Positions 48,965-58,829 are shown, counted from the first letter of the stretch. The stretch: 64,000 bases of DNA from Thermoproteota archaeon (GCA_027492205.1 JAOZFN010000007.1:283278-347277), one strand, 5' to 3'. Program-made: numbers and translations. The notes: generated by a model not told the origin, from the letters alone.

Positions 48965-50299
48965 GTGGGCTTATTACGCGGCCGGCGGCGGGCTCGGAGG
49001 GAAGCGCCCTTGCCCGGCATAGTGGTCGTTGGGATGCAGTTCGGGGATGAGAGCAAGGGGGCCGTCGTGGACTACCTGTCCAGGGATGCAGACCTCGTGG
49101 TGAGGTACAACGGCGGGGCCAACGCGGGCCACACAGTCGCCACCGGAGACCTGAGGCTCAAGTTCCGCCTCATGCCGTCCGGCGCCCTCTGGGGAAAGAG
49201 GCTCGTCATCGGAAATGGGGTCGTGGTGGATCCAAAGGTCCTGCTGGACGAGATTAAGGCTCTGAGGGAGGTGGGCGTGGAGCCGAACCTGCTGTTGAGC
49301 AGGAAGGCCCACGTGGTCATGCCCTACCACAAGGTCATAGACGCCGGCAAGATGGCCGGATCGCTGGGCACCACCAAGAGGGGGATAGGCCCGACCTACG
49401 CCGACAAGGCCAGGAGGACCGACGCGATCAGGGTGGACGATCTCGTGGGGCCGAGGTTCAGGGAGAGACTCGAGTCCGTGCTCAGGTTCAAGCTGGACGA
49501 ACTCGTCGCCTACGGCATCGTGAGGAGGGAGGAGGACCTTCCCAAGTACCTTGAGGAGGTCTACGGGGAGTACTCGGAGTACGGAAGGGAACTCAGGCCC
49601 TACGCGGGCGAGGCCTACCTCGAGGTGAACCGGGCCCTGGACGAGGGCAAGGTCGTCCTGTTCGAGGGGGCCCAGGGCACCCTGCTGGACTTGGACCACG
49701 GGACCTACCCCTACGTCACCTCCTCAAACCCCGTGGCCGGAGGGGCGTGCGTTGGAGTGGGGGTCGGGCCCACCAGGATAGACAGGGTGATAGGCGTGGC
49801 CAAGGCCTACACCACCAGGGTGGGCGCGGGTCCGTTCCCGACGGAGATCCACGACGAGCTCGGCGACAGGATCAGGGAGAGGGGAGGCGAGTACGGCACC
49901 GTGACGGGGAGGCCCAGGAGGTGCGGGTGGCTCGACCTGCCCATGCTCAGGTACTCGATCATGATCAACGGGATCACCGAGATCGCCCTCCGCAAGCTGG
50001 ACGTGCTGGGCGGGACAAGGCCCCTGAAGGTGGCCGTGGCGTACGAGATCGACGGCGAGGAGAGGGAGGTCATGACGCCCTTCGTCTCCGACCTGGAGAG
50101 GGTGAGGCCCGTCTACGAGGAGCTGGACGGGTGGGAAGAGCTCTCTCCGGGTGAGTGGGGGAGGGTTGCGAGGCGGGGGTACGACGCCCTCCCGAGGGGC
50201 GCGAGGGACTACGTGGAGTTCATCGAGGAGAGGCTCGGCGTGCCCGTGACGATGGTGGGCGTGGGTCCGAGGCGGGAGGACACCATCGAGAGGGTGTAA
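48965..50299 (+). CDS. purA: Adenylosuccinate synthetase (likely start TTG about 49010)
   Basis: 'QFGDESKG', 'GGANAGHT', 'GTTKRGIGPTY', 'EGAQG.LLDLDHGTYPYVTSS', 'TGRPRRCGW'. Confidence 0.97.
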   Translation: MGLLRGRRRARREAPLPGIVVVGMQFGDESKGAVVDYLSRDADLVVRYNGGANAGHTVATGDLRLKFRLMPSGALWGKRLVIGNGVVVDPKVLLDEIKALREVGVEPNLLLSRKAHVVMPYHKVIDAGKMAGSLGTTKRGIGPTYADKARRTDAIRVDDLVGPRFRERLESVLRFKLDELVAYGIVRREEDLPKYLEEVYGEYSEYGRELRPYAGEAYLEVNRALDEGKVVLFEGAQGTLLDLDHGTYPYVTSSNPVAGGACVGVGVGPTRIDRVIGVAKAYTTRVGAGPFPTEIHDELGDRIRERGGEYGTVTGRPRRCGWLDLPMLRYSIMINGITEIALRKLDVLGGTRPLKVAVAYEIDGEEREVMTPFVSDLERVRPVYEELDGWEELSPGEWGRVARRGYDALPRGARDYVEFIEERLGVPVTMVGVGPRREDTIERV

Positions 50300-50639
50300 C
50301 CTAGATCTCTGCCGAAGGGAGGCGCCTGGTGTCCAAGGGGATTACTATGGGGTCTGCTGTACCGCGCGGGGGAGCCTGGCGGTTCTGGCGGAGGTTATCT
50401 TTTCGTACCGGGTCTCCTGCCATCGACGGCCTTCGCAGTTTGTCTGGACGTACGAGGTTGCCGCGAGGGTGGAGGACCCAAGAGTGGCTCCATACCACGG
50501 GACCTGGACGCTGCAACCCGACACCGAGAGCACGTCAGCCCGTTTTTTCTACATACCCACAACCTTCGGGAGGTCCGAGGCGGGATGTCGGACCGGGGAG
50601 GCGCGAGCGATAAAATATGAGACCCAGGTTTAGCTCGCG

Positions 50640-51221
50640 GTGCGAGGAGCGTTGTTGGGAGGCCGCGGGCGATTGGCTCTCCTCTTGGCTGCAGGGTTTG
50701 CGGCCGCTGCCCTGGCGTACGCGGCCTTGAAAGGCCCGGAAAGGCCCCCCTCCGCGGCGCGGATCGAGCTCTCGAGTCCCGCCTTCGAGGGAGGAGGAGT
50801 CATCCCGAGGAGGTACACCTGCGACGGCGAGGACGTCTCCCCTCCGCTAGAGTGGGGCGATCTCCCGGAGGGAACCCTGTCCCTGGCGCTGATAGTTTTC
50901 GATCCAGACGCCCCGGGTGGCGAGTTCACACACTGGTTGATCTACGGGATCCCCGCCGACGTCGGGGGGCTTCCCGAGGGAGTTCCCGGTGAGGGGGTCG
51001 TCGCCGGCCTGGGAACCCAGGGCCGGAACGACTTCGGGAGGATAGGGTACGGCGGTCCGTGCCCACCCCCGGGCCCCGCGCATCGGTACGTCTTCAGGCT
51101 CTTCGCCCTCGACGCGGAGCTCGACCTGCCGCCCGGAATCACCAGGGGCGAGCTGGAGGCGGCCGTTGAGGGGCACGTCTTGGGCGTGGGGGAGCTGGTA
51201 GGCCTGTACTCAAGGCCGTGA
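50640..51221 (+). CDS. YbhB/YbcL (PEBP/Raf kinase inhibitor-like) protein with an N-terminal membrane anchor
   Basis: 'YTCDGEDVSPPL', 'DPDAP..FTHW', 'GYGGPCPP...HRYVF'. Confidence 0.93.
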   Translation: MRGALLGGRGRLALLLAAGFAAAALAYAALKGPERPPSAARIELSSPAFEGGGVIPRRYTCDGEDVSPPLEWGDLPEGTLSLALIVFDPDAPGGEFTHWLIYGIPADVGGLPEGVPGEGVVAGLGTQGRNDFGRIGYGGPCPPPGPAHRYVFRLFALDAELDLPPGITRGELEAAVEGHVLGVGELVGLYSRP

Positions 51222-51239
51222 GACTGGAGGCGCGCGGCC

Positions 51240-51800
51240 ATGGGCTACAGGGCCCACCTGCTGGCGGGGGGAGCGGTAGGGGTCGCCGCGGCCCTGACGC
51301 TCCGGGGCCTTGGCCTGAGTTCGGCGGGGGGCCTCTGCCCCGTGCTGGTCGTGGCATTCGCCCCCCTGGGCGCGCTGCTCCCCGACCTCGACGTGACCTC
51401 CTCGAAGGTCAGCAGACTGTCCGGGGCTCTGGCCGTCGGCTTCGTCGCCTGGGCTCTGATCTCTGAGGGGCCGCTGAGGTACTTCGCGCTCTGGTGGGTC
51501 GGGGTCGTCGTGGTAGGGTCGACGCTCGGCCCACTAGGCAGACACAGGTCGGCGTTCCACTGGGTCATCCCGGTCCTCCTGATCGTCCCCCTCCTCTTCT
51601 CTCACTGGGCGCTAGAAGGCGAGGTGTCGGGGCCGCTCGACTTAAGCGGCCTCCACCTCCTGTTGACGTCCCCTCTGGAGGAGTTCCGGGCGATCTGGGC
51701 CTCCTCTTGGCCCGGCGGCCCCCTGACCCCGGAGTTCTGCGCAACCGTAGGCGCGGTCCTCGGGGCCCTCTCTCACCTCTCTCTGGACCTGTACTTCTGA
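51240..51800 (+). CDS. Metal-dependent membrane hydrolase (YdjM-like)
   Basis: 'AH', 'GALLPDLD', 'HRSAFH', 'SHLSLD'. Confidence 0.85.
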   Translation: MGYRAHLLAGGAVGVAAALTLRGLGLSSAGGLCPVLVVAFAPLGALLPDLDVTSSKVSRLSGALAVGFVAWALISEGPLRYFALWWVGVVVVGSTLGPLGRHRSAFHWVIPVLLIVPLLFSHWALEGEVSGPLDLSGLHLLLTSPLEEFRAIWASSWPGGPLTPEFCATVGAVLGALSHLSLDLYF

Positions 51801-51888
51801 GTCCGGTGGTCGAGGGGTCTCGGCGCCTGATGCGGTCCCGTTAAGCTTGGAAGGGCCGCAAAGCCTGTTCAGGCGCAGAGTACATTGG

Positions 51889-51976
51889 AACGAGACCCCT
51901 TGAGGGTGGGAGAGCGATCCATTCCTCAGTTGCCCGAGGTGAGATCGCCTCCGCCTTTCGGCGGAGTTGCCCTCCC
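51889..51976 (-). ncRNA. Candidate structured ncRNA, copy A (69-nt three-way-junction core 51908-51976)
   Basis: 8-bp stem GGGAGGGC/GCUCUCCC, hairpins CUCCGCC-GAAA-GGCGGAG and CCUCGG-GCAA-CUGAGG; TTTAAATA at 51997-52004. Confidence 0.6.
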
Positions 51977-52319
51977 GAGCCACTTCCCGGCCCGGGTATT
52001 TAAACTAGGGGGCGCCGTCGCACGCGCGCGGAGGGCGGCCCGCGGGCCGGAGGGACATCGGTCTCGCCCTCCACTTCCGTTCGCTGGACCGATAGGTCTT
52101 CCACTCGTCTCGGGAGGATCGTTCACTTGTGGTCGCTGACCATAATGCGGCGGTCGCCGACCTTGAGACGCGTAAGGGCGTCCGTCGGAGGGATGAGAGG
52201 CGCCGCGCGCGTGCCGAGAGAGGTATAAAATGGCACGCGCCGCGAATGAGTAAGCTGTTGTTCCTTCGGTCTTCTCGGACGGTTAAACCTGGGGAGAGGG
52301 CTCACGGCTCCTCGATCCT

Positions 52320-53273
52320 CTACTCGGAGTTACCCAGGCTCCTCAGCACGAAGCTCTCGCCCCTATACTCCACCACCCTCACCTCGCCCCTGGCCACCAG
52401 CTCGCGGAGGGTCTCATCGGGGTCGAGCCCACCCCTCTCCAGCAGGGCCCTGGCGTACTCTACCCTCATGGGGTGGACCGATGTTATCGAGAGGAGCGAC
52501 TCTATCGGGTCTCCCAGGGAGGCGAAGTCTGGCCCCTCGTGCCCCGTGAGTAGCTCAACTCTGTCAGGCCCCAGTACGTCGGCGAAGATCTCGTGGGCCG
52601 CCGTCAGGGTCTCCTCGCTCGGCGGCCTTACGAAGCGCTCAGCAGGGGGCCTCGTGGGTATGGATACGTACGCCCTTGCCGGATCTAGTGAGGCCAAATA
52701 CTCCGCAATAGCTTTCAGCTCCTCCGGCGAATCGTTCACGCCCCTCACCAGCATGGTCTCTGTTATGAGGCGGCCTGAATACTCTCCTGCGAATGCCCTC
52801 AGCCCCTCTAGCCTCTCAAGGTGGGGGATGTCGGGATGCGGTCGATTGATCAGCTTCCAGACTCTCTCTGAGACGGCATCGACTTTGGCGGACACCAGAT
52901 CGGCCTTGGAGAGGTCCGACCTGACCTCTGGCAGGTGCACAAGGGAGGCGTTGGTTATCACCGCGACCCTGACGTTCACCCGGGCCTTGATCAGCCCGAC
53001 GGCCCTCCCGAGGTTCTCGTCGAGGGTGGGCTCGCCGTCGGGGACGAACGTCACGTAGTCCACCTCCCCCTCCAGCGAGTCGAGGGCCCTCTCCACCGAT
53101 TCTGCGATGAGGACCGGATCGTAGAACTCCCTCCTCCTCGCCTCCAGGTGGGGCGTCTTGCCCAGCTGGCAATACACGCAGGAGTAGGTGCAGTGCTTGG
53201 GTGGGATGTTGTTGACCCCCAGGGACCTGCCCAACCTCCTTGATGGGACCGGGCCGAACACTAACCTCGACAC
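52320..53273 (-). CDS. Radical SAM protein
   Basis: 'FGPVPSRRLGRSLGVN', CxxxCxxC 'CTYSCVYC', 'GEPTL'. Confidence 0.92.
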   Translation of the reverse strand: MSRLVFGPVPSRRLGRSLGVNNIPPKHCTYSCVYCQLGKTPHLEARRREFYDPVLIAESVERALDSLEGEVDYVTFVPDGEPTLDENLGRAVGLIKARVNVRVAVITNASLVHLPEVRSDLSKADLVSAKVDAVSERVWKLINRPHPDIPHLERLEGLRAFAGEYSGRLITETMLVRGVNDSPEELKAIAEYLASLDPARAYVSIPTRPPAERFVRPPSEETLTAAHEIFADVLGPDRVELLTGHEGPDFASLGDPIESLLSITSVHPMRVEYARALLERGGLDPDETLRELVARGEVRVVEYRGESFVLRSLGNSE

Positions 53274-53474
53274 GCCCCAGCCCCAGGCCAGGGGGATAAA
53301 TCCATTGCCGAGAATCTTCGGGCACGGAAAAACCTTCCCATAAGAGGAGGCAGCCTGAGATCGCCCAGTTGCCTCATCTTACGCGCGCCCGCTTGAGTTC
53401 GGGGGCGAAGTCCGCGGCCGAGGTGCCCTCCCCCGCAGCGCCATTTCAGGAGATCTCCCCCGCCAACGGTCGGA

Positions 53475-54386
53475 ATGCGGCCAGTGGCTACGTACTCGAT
53501 AGTGGCCCGCGACCCCGAGACTGGCCAGCTGGGGGTGGCCGTCCAGTCCCACTGGTTCTCGGTGGGAAGCGTGGTCCCCTGGGCCGAGGCGGGCGTCGGC
53601 GCGGTGGCAACCCAGTCGTTCGCGGAGCCCTCGTACGGCCCGCTGGGGCTCGCCCTGATGAGGGCCGGGAAGGACGCGGACGAGGCACTCAGGGCCCTGC
53701 TGGAGGTGGACCCCAAGAGAGAGTACAGGCAGGTAGCGTTCGTAGACTCCTCGGGCCGGGTGGCGGTTCACACCGGGGAGCTGTGCATACCGGAGGCCGG
53801 GCACGTCGTCGGAGATGGCTTCAGCGCCCAGGCCAACCTCATGAGCACGTCTGACGTCTGGCCGGCCATGGCGGAGGCGTACGAGTCTGCGGAGGGAAAC
53901 CTGGCCCACAGGCTCCTGGCGGCGCTGGAGGCGGCCGAGGAGGCGGGAGGAGACATCAGGGGGATGCAGTCGGCCGCCATCCTCGTCGTGTCGGGCAGGC
54001 TGAGCGGGAGGCCGTGGGGTGAGGTGCTCGTCGACCTGAGGGTCGAGGACCATCCGAGGCCTCTGGAGGAGCTCAGGAGGCTCCTCAGGCTTCACGAGGC
54101 CTACACTCACTCCAACAGGGGCGACGAGCTCATGGCCAAGGGTAAGATCGAGGAGGCCCTTGGCGAGTACGGGAGGGCGGCCGCGCTGGCCCCGGAGATC
54201 GTGGAGCTGCCGTTCTGGCAGGCGGTGACCCTCGCCAGCTCAGGGAGAATCGAGGAGTCCCTGCCAATATTCGAGAGGGTGTTCAAGGCCGAGAATAGGT
54301 GGGTGGAGGTCCTCAGGAGGCTCCCAAGGGTTGGAATGCTCGAGGAGGATGTGGTGAGGGGGATACTCAAGTCACTGGGCCGGTAG
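53475..54386 (+). CDS. DUF1028 (Ntn-hydrolase) protein with a C-terminal TPR
   Basis: 'TYSIVARDPETGQLGVAVQS..SVGSVVP', 'GGDIRG.QSAA', 'DLRVEDHPRPL'. Confidence 0.92.
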   Translation: MRPVATYSIVARDPETGQLGVAVQSHWFSVGSVVPWAEAGVGAVATQSFAEPSYGPLGLALMRAGKDADEALRALLEVDPKREYRQVAFVDSSGRVAVHTGELCIPEAGHVVGDGFSAQANLMSTSDVWPAMAEAYESAEGNLAHRLLAALEAAEEAGGDIRGMQSAAILVVSGRLSGRPWGEVLVDLRVEDHPRPLEELRRLLRLHEAYTHSNRGDELMAKGKIEEALGEYGRAAALAPEIVELPFWQAVTLASSGRIEESLPIFERVFKAENRWVEVLRRLPRVGMLEEDVVRGILKSLGR

Positions 54387-54418
54387 CGGGCAACGTCGGA
54401 GCGCCCACCTGGCTTCTC

Positions 54419-54934
54419 TCAGCTTTGAGACTCCCTCAACATCCTGGCCTTCTCCAGATACCTCCTCTCCTCCTCGGCCACCCACGACCTAGGATCTACC
54501 CTCCTCAGCTCGCCGTCGGAGGTCCTGATGACCACCGACGTTATCCCAGCGTTGATTATGGCCCTTCTACACCTCTCGCAGGGCATGGCCTCCGTGAGTT
54601 CGCCGGTCCTGGCATCCCTACCAGCGATGTAGAGGGTCCCGCCTACCAAGCTCACCCCGCTCCTGGCCGCATTGATTATGGCGTTTTCCTCGGCATGTAC
54701 GGCCGGGCAGAAGTCGTATCCGGTCCCCTTGGGCATGTTGGCCAATTCCTTCAGGCAAAATCCAAACTCGTCGCAGTGCTTCATCCCCCTGGCCGGGCCG
54801 TTGTAGCCCGTGGAGACTATTGTGTCCCCGACCACGATCACGGCCCCATATTTGCGGAGGAGGCACGTGGACCTCTCTAACACAACCTCGGCTATGCGGA
54901 GAAAGTACTCCTCCTTGGAGGGTCTGCCGGACAC
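54419..54934 (-). CDS. dCMP deaminase (ComEB-like)
   Basis: 'STGYNG', 'VHAEENAI', 'PCERC'. Confidence 0.92.
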   Translation of the reverse strand: MSGRPSKEEYFLRIAEVVLERSTCLLRKYGAVIVVGDTIVSTGYNGPARGMKHCDEFGFCLKELANMPKGTGYDFCPAVHAEENAIINAARSGVSLVGGTLYIAGRDARTGELTEAMPCERCRRAIINAGITSVVIRTSDGELRRVDPRSWVAEEERRYLEKARMLRESQS

Positions 54935-55028
54935 CGGCCTCTCGACGGGGCGTTGAATTTAACGCTCTCGCGATCCACTGGACTCGCCGACCAGATCAAC
55001 TCGGCCTGTCCTGCGCTGGTGACTCAGA

Positions 55029-56231
55029 TCAGTGGCCGAGGAGCTCGTCCAGCTCTGCCATGAACTTCCTCTCGATCCTCTTCTTGACCGCGTACGGGAA
55101 GCGGCCCAGCAGGGCAATCCTCTTCCCGTAGGCCAGGACGGCCCGGCCAGCTCCCAGCGAGACGAGGCACCTGGGAGACTGAACTGAGAACCTTATCTTG
55201 TGGATCCTGGGTGGCAGACCCCTCAGATCCCTCCAGATGTTCTCTGCTATGGTCTCCCCCTGAAACATGGCCTCCTCAGCCATCTTGGCGGCCCACTTCC
55301 CACCCACCTCGAGGTGCACGCAGTCCCCGGCCGCATAGGCGCCCTGGGCCCCGATAACCCTCATGTGCTCATCCACGGCCATGAATCGGCCCCTCTTGTA
55401 CTTCCTCGACAGGCGCTCGACCGGCTCGGGCGGCACGACTCCGGCGGTCCAGGCTGCGGCCTCGAACTCCAACTCCTCTCCACCCTCGAGGATTGCTTTA
55501 CCCTCCTCCACCCTCTCCACGCCCTTTCCGAGGATGAACCCAACGCCCCTAGACTCCAGGAAGGACTTGGCCAGCTCTCCCGCCCTCGCGTTCCCCATGC
55601 AGGGGGCGGCCCTCTCCAGCTTCTCCACTATCGTGACCCTGAAGTCTGCCCCCAGCCTCTCGCCCAGGTCCACGACCTCTCCCGCCACTTCGACACCCGT
55701 CAGGCCGGCGCCCACTACCAGTACCGTCCCTCCTGAGGCTTCGCTCAGGAGCTGGCGAAATCTCATCGTGTCGTCCACCCTGTAAGTGGTGGTAGCTGAG
55801 CTGGGGAGTCCGCCCGGAGGCGTCCAAGGCCTTGCCCCTATGCCGACCGCCAGGTAGTCGTAGTCCAGAATCTCACCCGTATCCAGCGTGACCTTCTTCT
55901 CCTCCAGCCGGAGCCCCGTCACCCTCGCCCTTATCAGGTCCGCGCCGTGGGACTTTAGGGCGGGGGAGACGTCCCGCCGTATCTCCTCTGGGTTCACCTT
56001 GTCGGACACAAGCTCCGGGGCGGATGGCAGGTACTCAAAGGAGCCGGAGGCCGATACGAAGATCACCTCCAGCCTGCCCAGGAGATCTCTATGTATCAGC
56101 CCCCTTAGAACGCCCAGGCCGGCGAATCCGGTTCCGAGGACGAGGAGTCTCGGGTTCCCGCCTGACATCCTGCGGCAATCGCTTACCTCACAAAAATCCT
56201 TTTGGAGGCCACTTAGCCGCTTTTGGGTCAT
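55029..56231 (-). CDS. FAD-dependent oxidoreductase (NDH-2/SQR family); likely start ATG 56168
   Basis: Two GxGxxG motifs 'LGTGFAG' and 'VGAGLTGVE'; 'YAAGDC'. Confidence 0.88.
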   Translation of the reverse strand: MTQKRLSGLQKDFCEVSDCRRMSGGNPRLLVLGTGFAGLGVLRGLIHRDLLGRLEVIFVSASGSFEYLPSAPELVSDKVNPEEIRRDVSPALKSHGADLIRARVTGLRLEEKKVTLDTGEILDYDYLAVGIGARPWTPPGGLPSSATTTYRVDDTMRFRQLLSEASGGTVLVVGAGLTGVEVAGEVVDLGERLGADFRVTIVEKLERAAPCMGNARAGELAKSFLESRGVGFILGKGVERVEEGKAILEGGEELEFEAAAWTAGVVPPEPVERLSRKYKRGRFMAVDEHMRVIGAQGAYAAGDCVHLEVGGKWAAKMAEEAMFQGETIAENIWRDLRGLPPRIHKIRFSVQSPRCLVSLGAGRAVLAYGKRIALLGRFPYAVKKRIERKFMAELDELLGH

Positions 56232-56294
56232 TGAGGTCTGGGCCGCGGCCAGCGCGCCGCAACCCGAGGGGCTCCCTCCGGACTAGGGCTTTTA

Positions 56295-57527
56295 TTGGCA
56301 ACCCCGCGTGGGCATCATCCGGTAGAGTTGGAGCTTCTAACGCTTGCCTTGGTCGGTCTGCTGGCTCTTATAGCTCCGCTGATCTCTAAGGTAACCGAGG
56401 TACCCTGCGTGGTCCTGGAGATCGCGCTGGGGATCGTTTTCGGGCAATCCGTGCTGGGCCTAGTCAGAGTGGAGGGCCCATGGACCACCTTTCTATTCGA
56501 CTTCGGGCTGATCTACCTCCTGTTCATGGCTGGACTTGAGGTCGAGGCCAGGTTTCTCCGACAGAACGCGGTCGACTCGATGGTAATAGGCGTGCTATCG
56601 ACGCTAGTGCCCCTCGCCATGGGATACTCCTTCGGCTGGGCGGTGGGGTTCTCGCCCGAGCTGACCGGCGTCATATTCTCTACGACCTCCGTCGGCGTGG
56701 TCCTGCCCGCCGCCAAGGAGCTGGAGCACCTCTTTCAGGGGCTAGCCGGACGTTCGGGTGAGGTCCCGTTCCACAAGCTGCTGATAGGGGCGACTGCCGT
56801 CTCAGACATGCTCAGCATGTTCATGCTCGCCTTCATGATAGAGAGGAGGGGCGCAAACATCCAGACCCTGGCGCTGATAGCGGCGGCCGGCGTCCTGCTC
56901 CTCCCGTTCTACCGAGCCCTCCAGGCCTACGGCAGGCTCGCCAACAGGATGATTGAGCTGGAGAGGAGGTACCACTTCACCACCCGGATGAGCATGGTAC
57001 TCATGATAGTGCTCGCCGCGGCGGCAGAGCTCATCGGCGTTCACGCGGTAGTGGGCTCTTTCTTCGCTGGGGTGCTCGTGTCAGTGCTCACGGAGGGGTA
57101 CGAGAGGCTGGGAGAGAGCCTGATATCCTTTGGCTACTCTCTCTTCCTCCCGGCGTTCTTCCTCCTGGCCGGGGCAAAGGTGAACCTGCCGGAGGTGGCT
57201 GCCGCCGGGGAGCTGTGGCTCCTGCCTGCCTTTCTCGCGCTTAGCTACGTCGGAAAGCTCGTTGGGGTGTACGTACCCGCCAGGCTACGCGGGCACAGCA
57301 AAGAGGTCTCCCTCACCATGGGGACGCTGATGTGGGCGAAGCTGAGCCTGGTCATCGCGGCATCGGAGGCGGCGCTGAGGCTCGGCTTGGTGGACGTTAG
57401 CGTCTACTCGACGGCGGTCCTGTTCGCCCTCTTCACCGTTCTGCTGGCTCCGCTCGCGGCCAAGATACTGGCGTCCAAGACGGCGGTAGACGTGGCCAAG
57501 GCCCAGAGGCTCGGAGAGGTGATCTAA
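56295..57527 (+). CDS. Cation:proton antiporter (CPA2/KefB-like)
   Basis: Many TM helices; 'LLFMAGLE', 'STTSVGVV', 'VGSFFAG', 'VGKLVG'. Confidence 0.9.
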   Translation: MATPRGHHPVELELLTLALVGLLALIAPLISKVTEVPCVVLEIALGIVFGQSVLGLVRVEGPWTTFLFDFGLIYLLFMAGLEVEARFLRQNAVDSMVIGVLSTLVPLAMGYSFGWAVGFSPELTGVIFSTTSVGVVLPAAKELEHLFQGLAGRSGEVPFHKLLIGATAVSDMLSMFMLAFMIERRGANIQTLALIAAAGVLLLPFYRALQAYGRLANRMIELERRYHFTTRMSMVLMIVLAAAAELIGVHAVVGSFFAGVLVSVLTEGYERLGESLISFGYSLFLPAFFLLAGAKVNLPEVAAAGELWLLPAFLALSYVGKLVGVYVPARLRGHSKEVSLTMGTLMWAKLSLVIAASEAALRLGLVDVSVYSTAVLFALFTVLLAPLAAKILASKTAVDVAKAQRLGEVI

Positions 57528-57575
57528 TCCCCGCGCCCCCATCTATTTCACTCAGGAAAGGCCCCGACCCTGAAG

Positions 57576-57725
57576 CTACCACTTGAGCGCCCTCTTGAGG
57601 ATCCAGTAGATCACCAGCGCCAAGAGAGCTATCAGGATGATCCTCACTAAGAGCCAGACTATCCTCCACAATAGGATCGCGAGAGCCAGGGCCACCAGCA
57701 GCAACAGCGCGTCCCTAACGCGCAT
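57576..57725 (-). CDS. 49-aa very hydrophobic membrane peptide (below the ORF-track cutoff)
   Basis: MRVRDALLLLVALALAILLWRIVWLLVRIILIALLALVIYWILKRALKW; TATA-like sequence about 25 nt upstream. Confidence 0.7.
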   Translation of the reverse strand: MRVRDALLLLVALALAILLWRIVWLLVRIILIALLALVIYWILKRALKW

Positions 57726-57749
57726 CCCAAGCATTCAGTCGGGGCGGGC

Positions 57750-58829
57750 CTATAAGCTTGGCCCGCCCTCCCTCCTGAGGAACTCCCTGACGCGCGGCGG
57801 GAGGTCCCCCTCGCCGACCCCCTCGAGGTGGGGGGTGAGGTCCACCGAGTTGAAGGTGTCCCAGAAGAGGAGCGGGCCCCTCGCCCCGGCAATGGCCTTG
57901 GCGAGGAGGGCCGCGAAGGCCTTCGCGGTGTACGTGAGGTCCAGCTCCACGCCGTCGGTCCCGAGCAGGAGTTCCCTGGCCTCCACGGCCTCCCGCGTGG
58001 GGGCGCCGTATCCGGGTCCGTAGAAGCCGTGGATCACCTCCAGGTCGGAGGGGCTGAATCTGAGGTCGGGGACCGAGTCCGACCGAGACCTGAGGAGCCT
58101 GACAACCCTGTTGGCCAGGTCGGCCACCCTCCTCGCGTTGCCTATCCTCTCTGGAGTGACCCTGACCCCGACCAGCCTCGAGTCCAGACCCGCGAGCCTC
58201 AGCCCGACCAGCAGGCCGGCCAGCGTTCCCCCGGTTCCGAGCGCGAGGTAGATCTCCCGGGGCTCGGGCAGCTCTCCGGAGTCGACCTGGCGAGCCAGCT
58301 CCAGCCCGGCGTCGACGAAGCCGAGGGCCCCCAGGGGGGAGGAGCCGCCGAGGGGGAGGGTGTAGATCCCTCTCCTGGTGAGCTTGATCCAAGCCACGAT
58401 CAGCGCCCTCTCCAGGGAGTTCCTGGCCAGGTGCACCTCGGCCCCAAACTTCACGTCCAGGAGGAGGTTCCTCCTCACGTGAGGGTTGATCGGCTGGGGG
58501 TGGAGGACCAGTATAGATCTGAGGCCGAGCCTGCGGGAGTGTATGGTCGTCGCCAGGCAGTGATTAGACCCGAGGCCGCCGAACGTGAGCACGTACCTCT
58601 TTCCTCGCCTCTTCGCGTCGGCCAGGGTGAACTCCAGCTTCCGAACCTTGTTACCCCCGTAGTGACTTGAGGAGCGGTCGTCTCTTTTGATCCAGATCTC
58701 GCAGAGCTCTTCAGACTCACACAGACCCTCTAGCCTGTGGACGGGGGTGGGAAGGTCCCCAAGGCTCGTCCAAGGGATTCTCCCCTCCAGCTCTGGATGC
58801 TCCTCGAAGAGCCAGGGGCGCGCCCTCAT
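57750..58829 (-). CDS. PLP-dependent D-cysteine desulfhydrase/ACC deaminase family protein
   Basis: 'IKRDD...GGNKVRKLEF', 'SNH', 'GTGGT', 'LDLTYTAKA'. Confidence 0.92.
   Translation of the reverse strand: MRARPWLFEEHPELEGRIPWTSLGDLPTPVHRLEGLCESEELCEIWIKRDDRSSSHYGGNKVRKLEFTLADAKRRGKRYVLTFGGLGSNHCLATTIHSRRLGLRSILVLHPQPINPHVRRNLLLDVKFGAEVHLARNSLERALIVAWIKLTRRGIYTLPLGGSSPLGALGFVDAGLELARQVDSGELPEPREIYLALGTGGTLAGLLVGLRLAGLDSRLVGVRVTPERIGNARRVADLANRVVRLLRSRSDSVPDLRFSPSDLEVIHGFYGPGYGAPTREAVEARELLLGTDGVELDLTYTAKAFAALLAKAIAGARGPLLFWDTFNSVDLTPHLEGVGEGDLPPRVREFLRREGGPSL

Noticed and set aside
50300-50620. Possible ncRNA or small gene after purA
   Set aside because: No recognisable motif, convincing structure or coding signature
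51908-51976. c-di-GMP-I riboswitch or tRNA identity for the duplicated RNA
   Set aside because: No tetraloop receptor or downstream gene for a riboswitch, and no T-loop or anticodon arm for a tRNA
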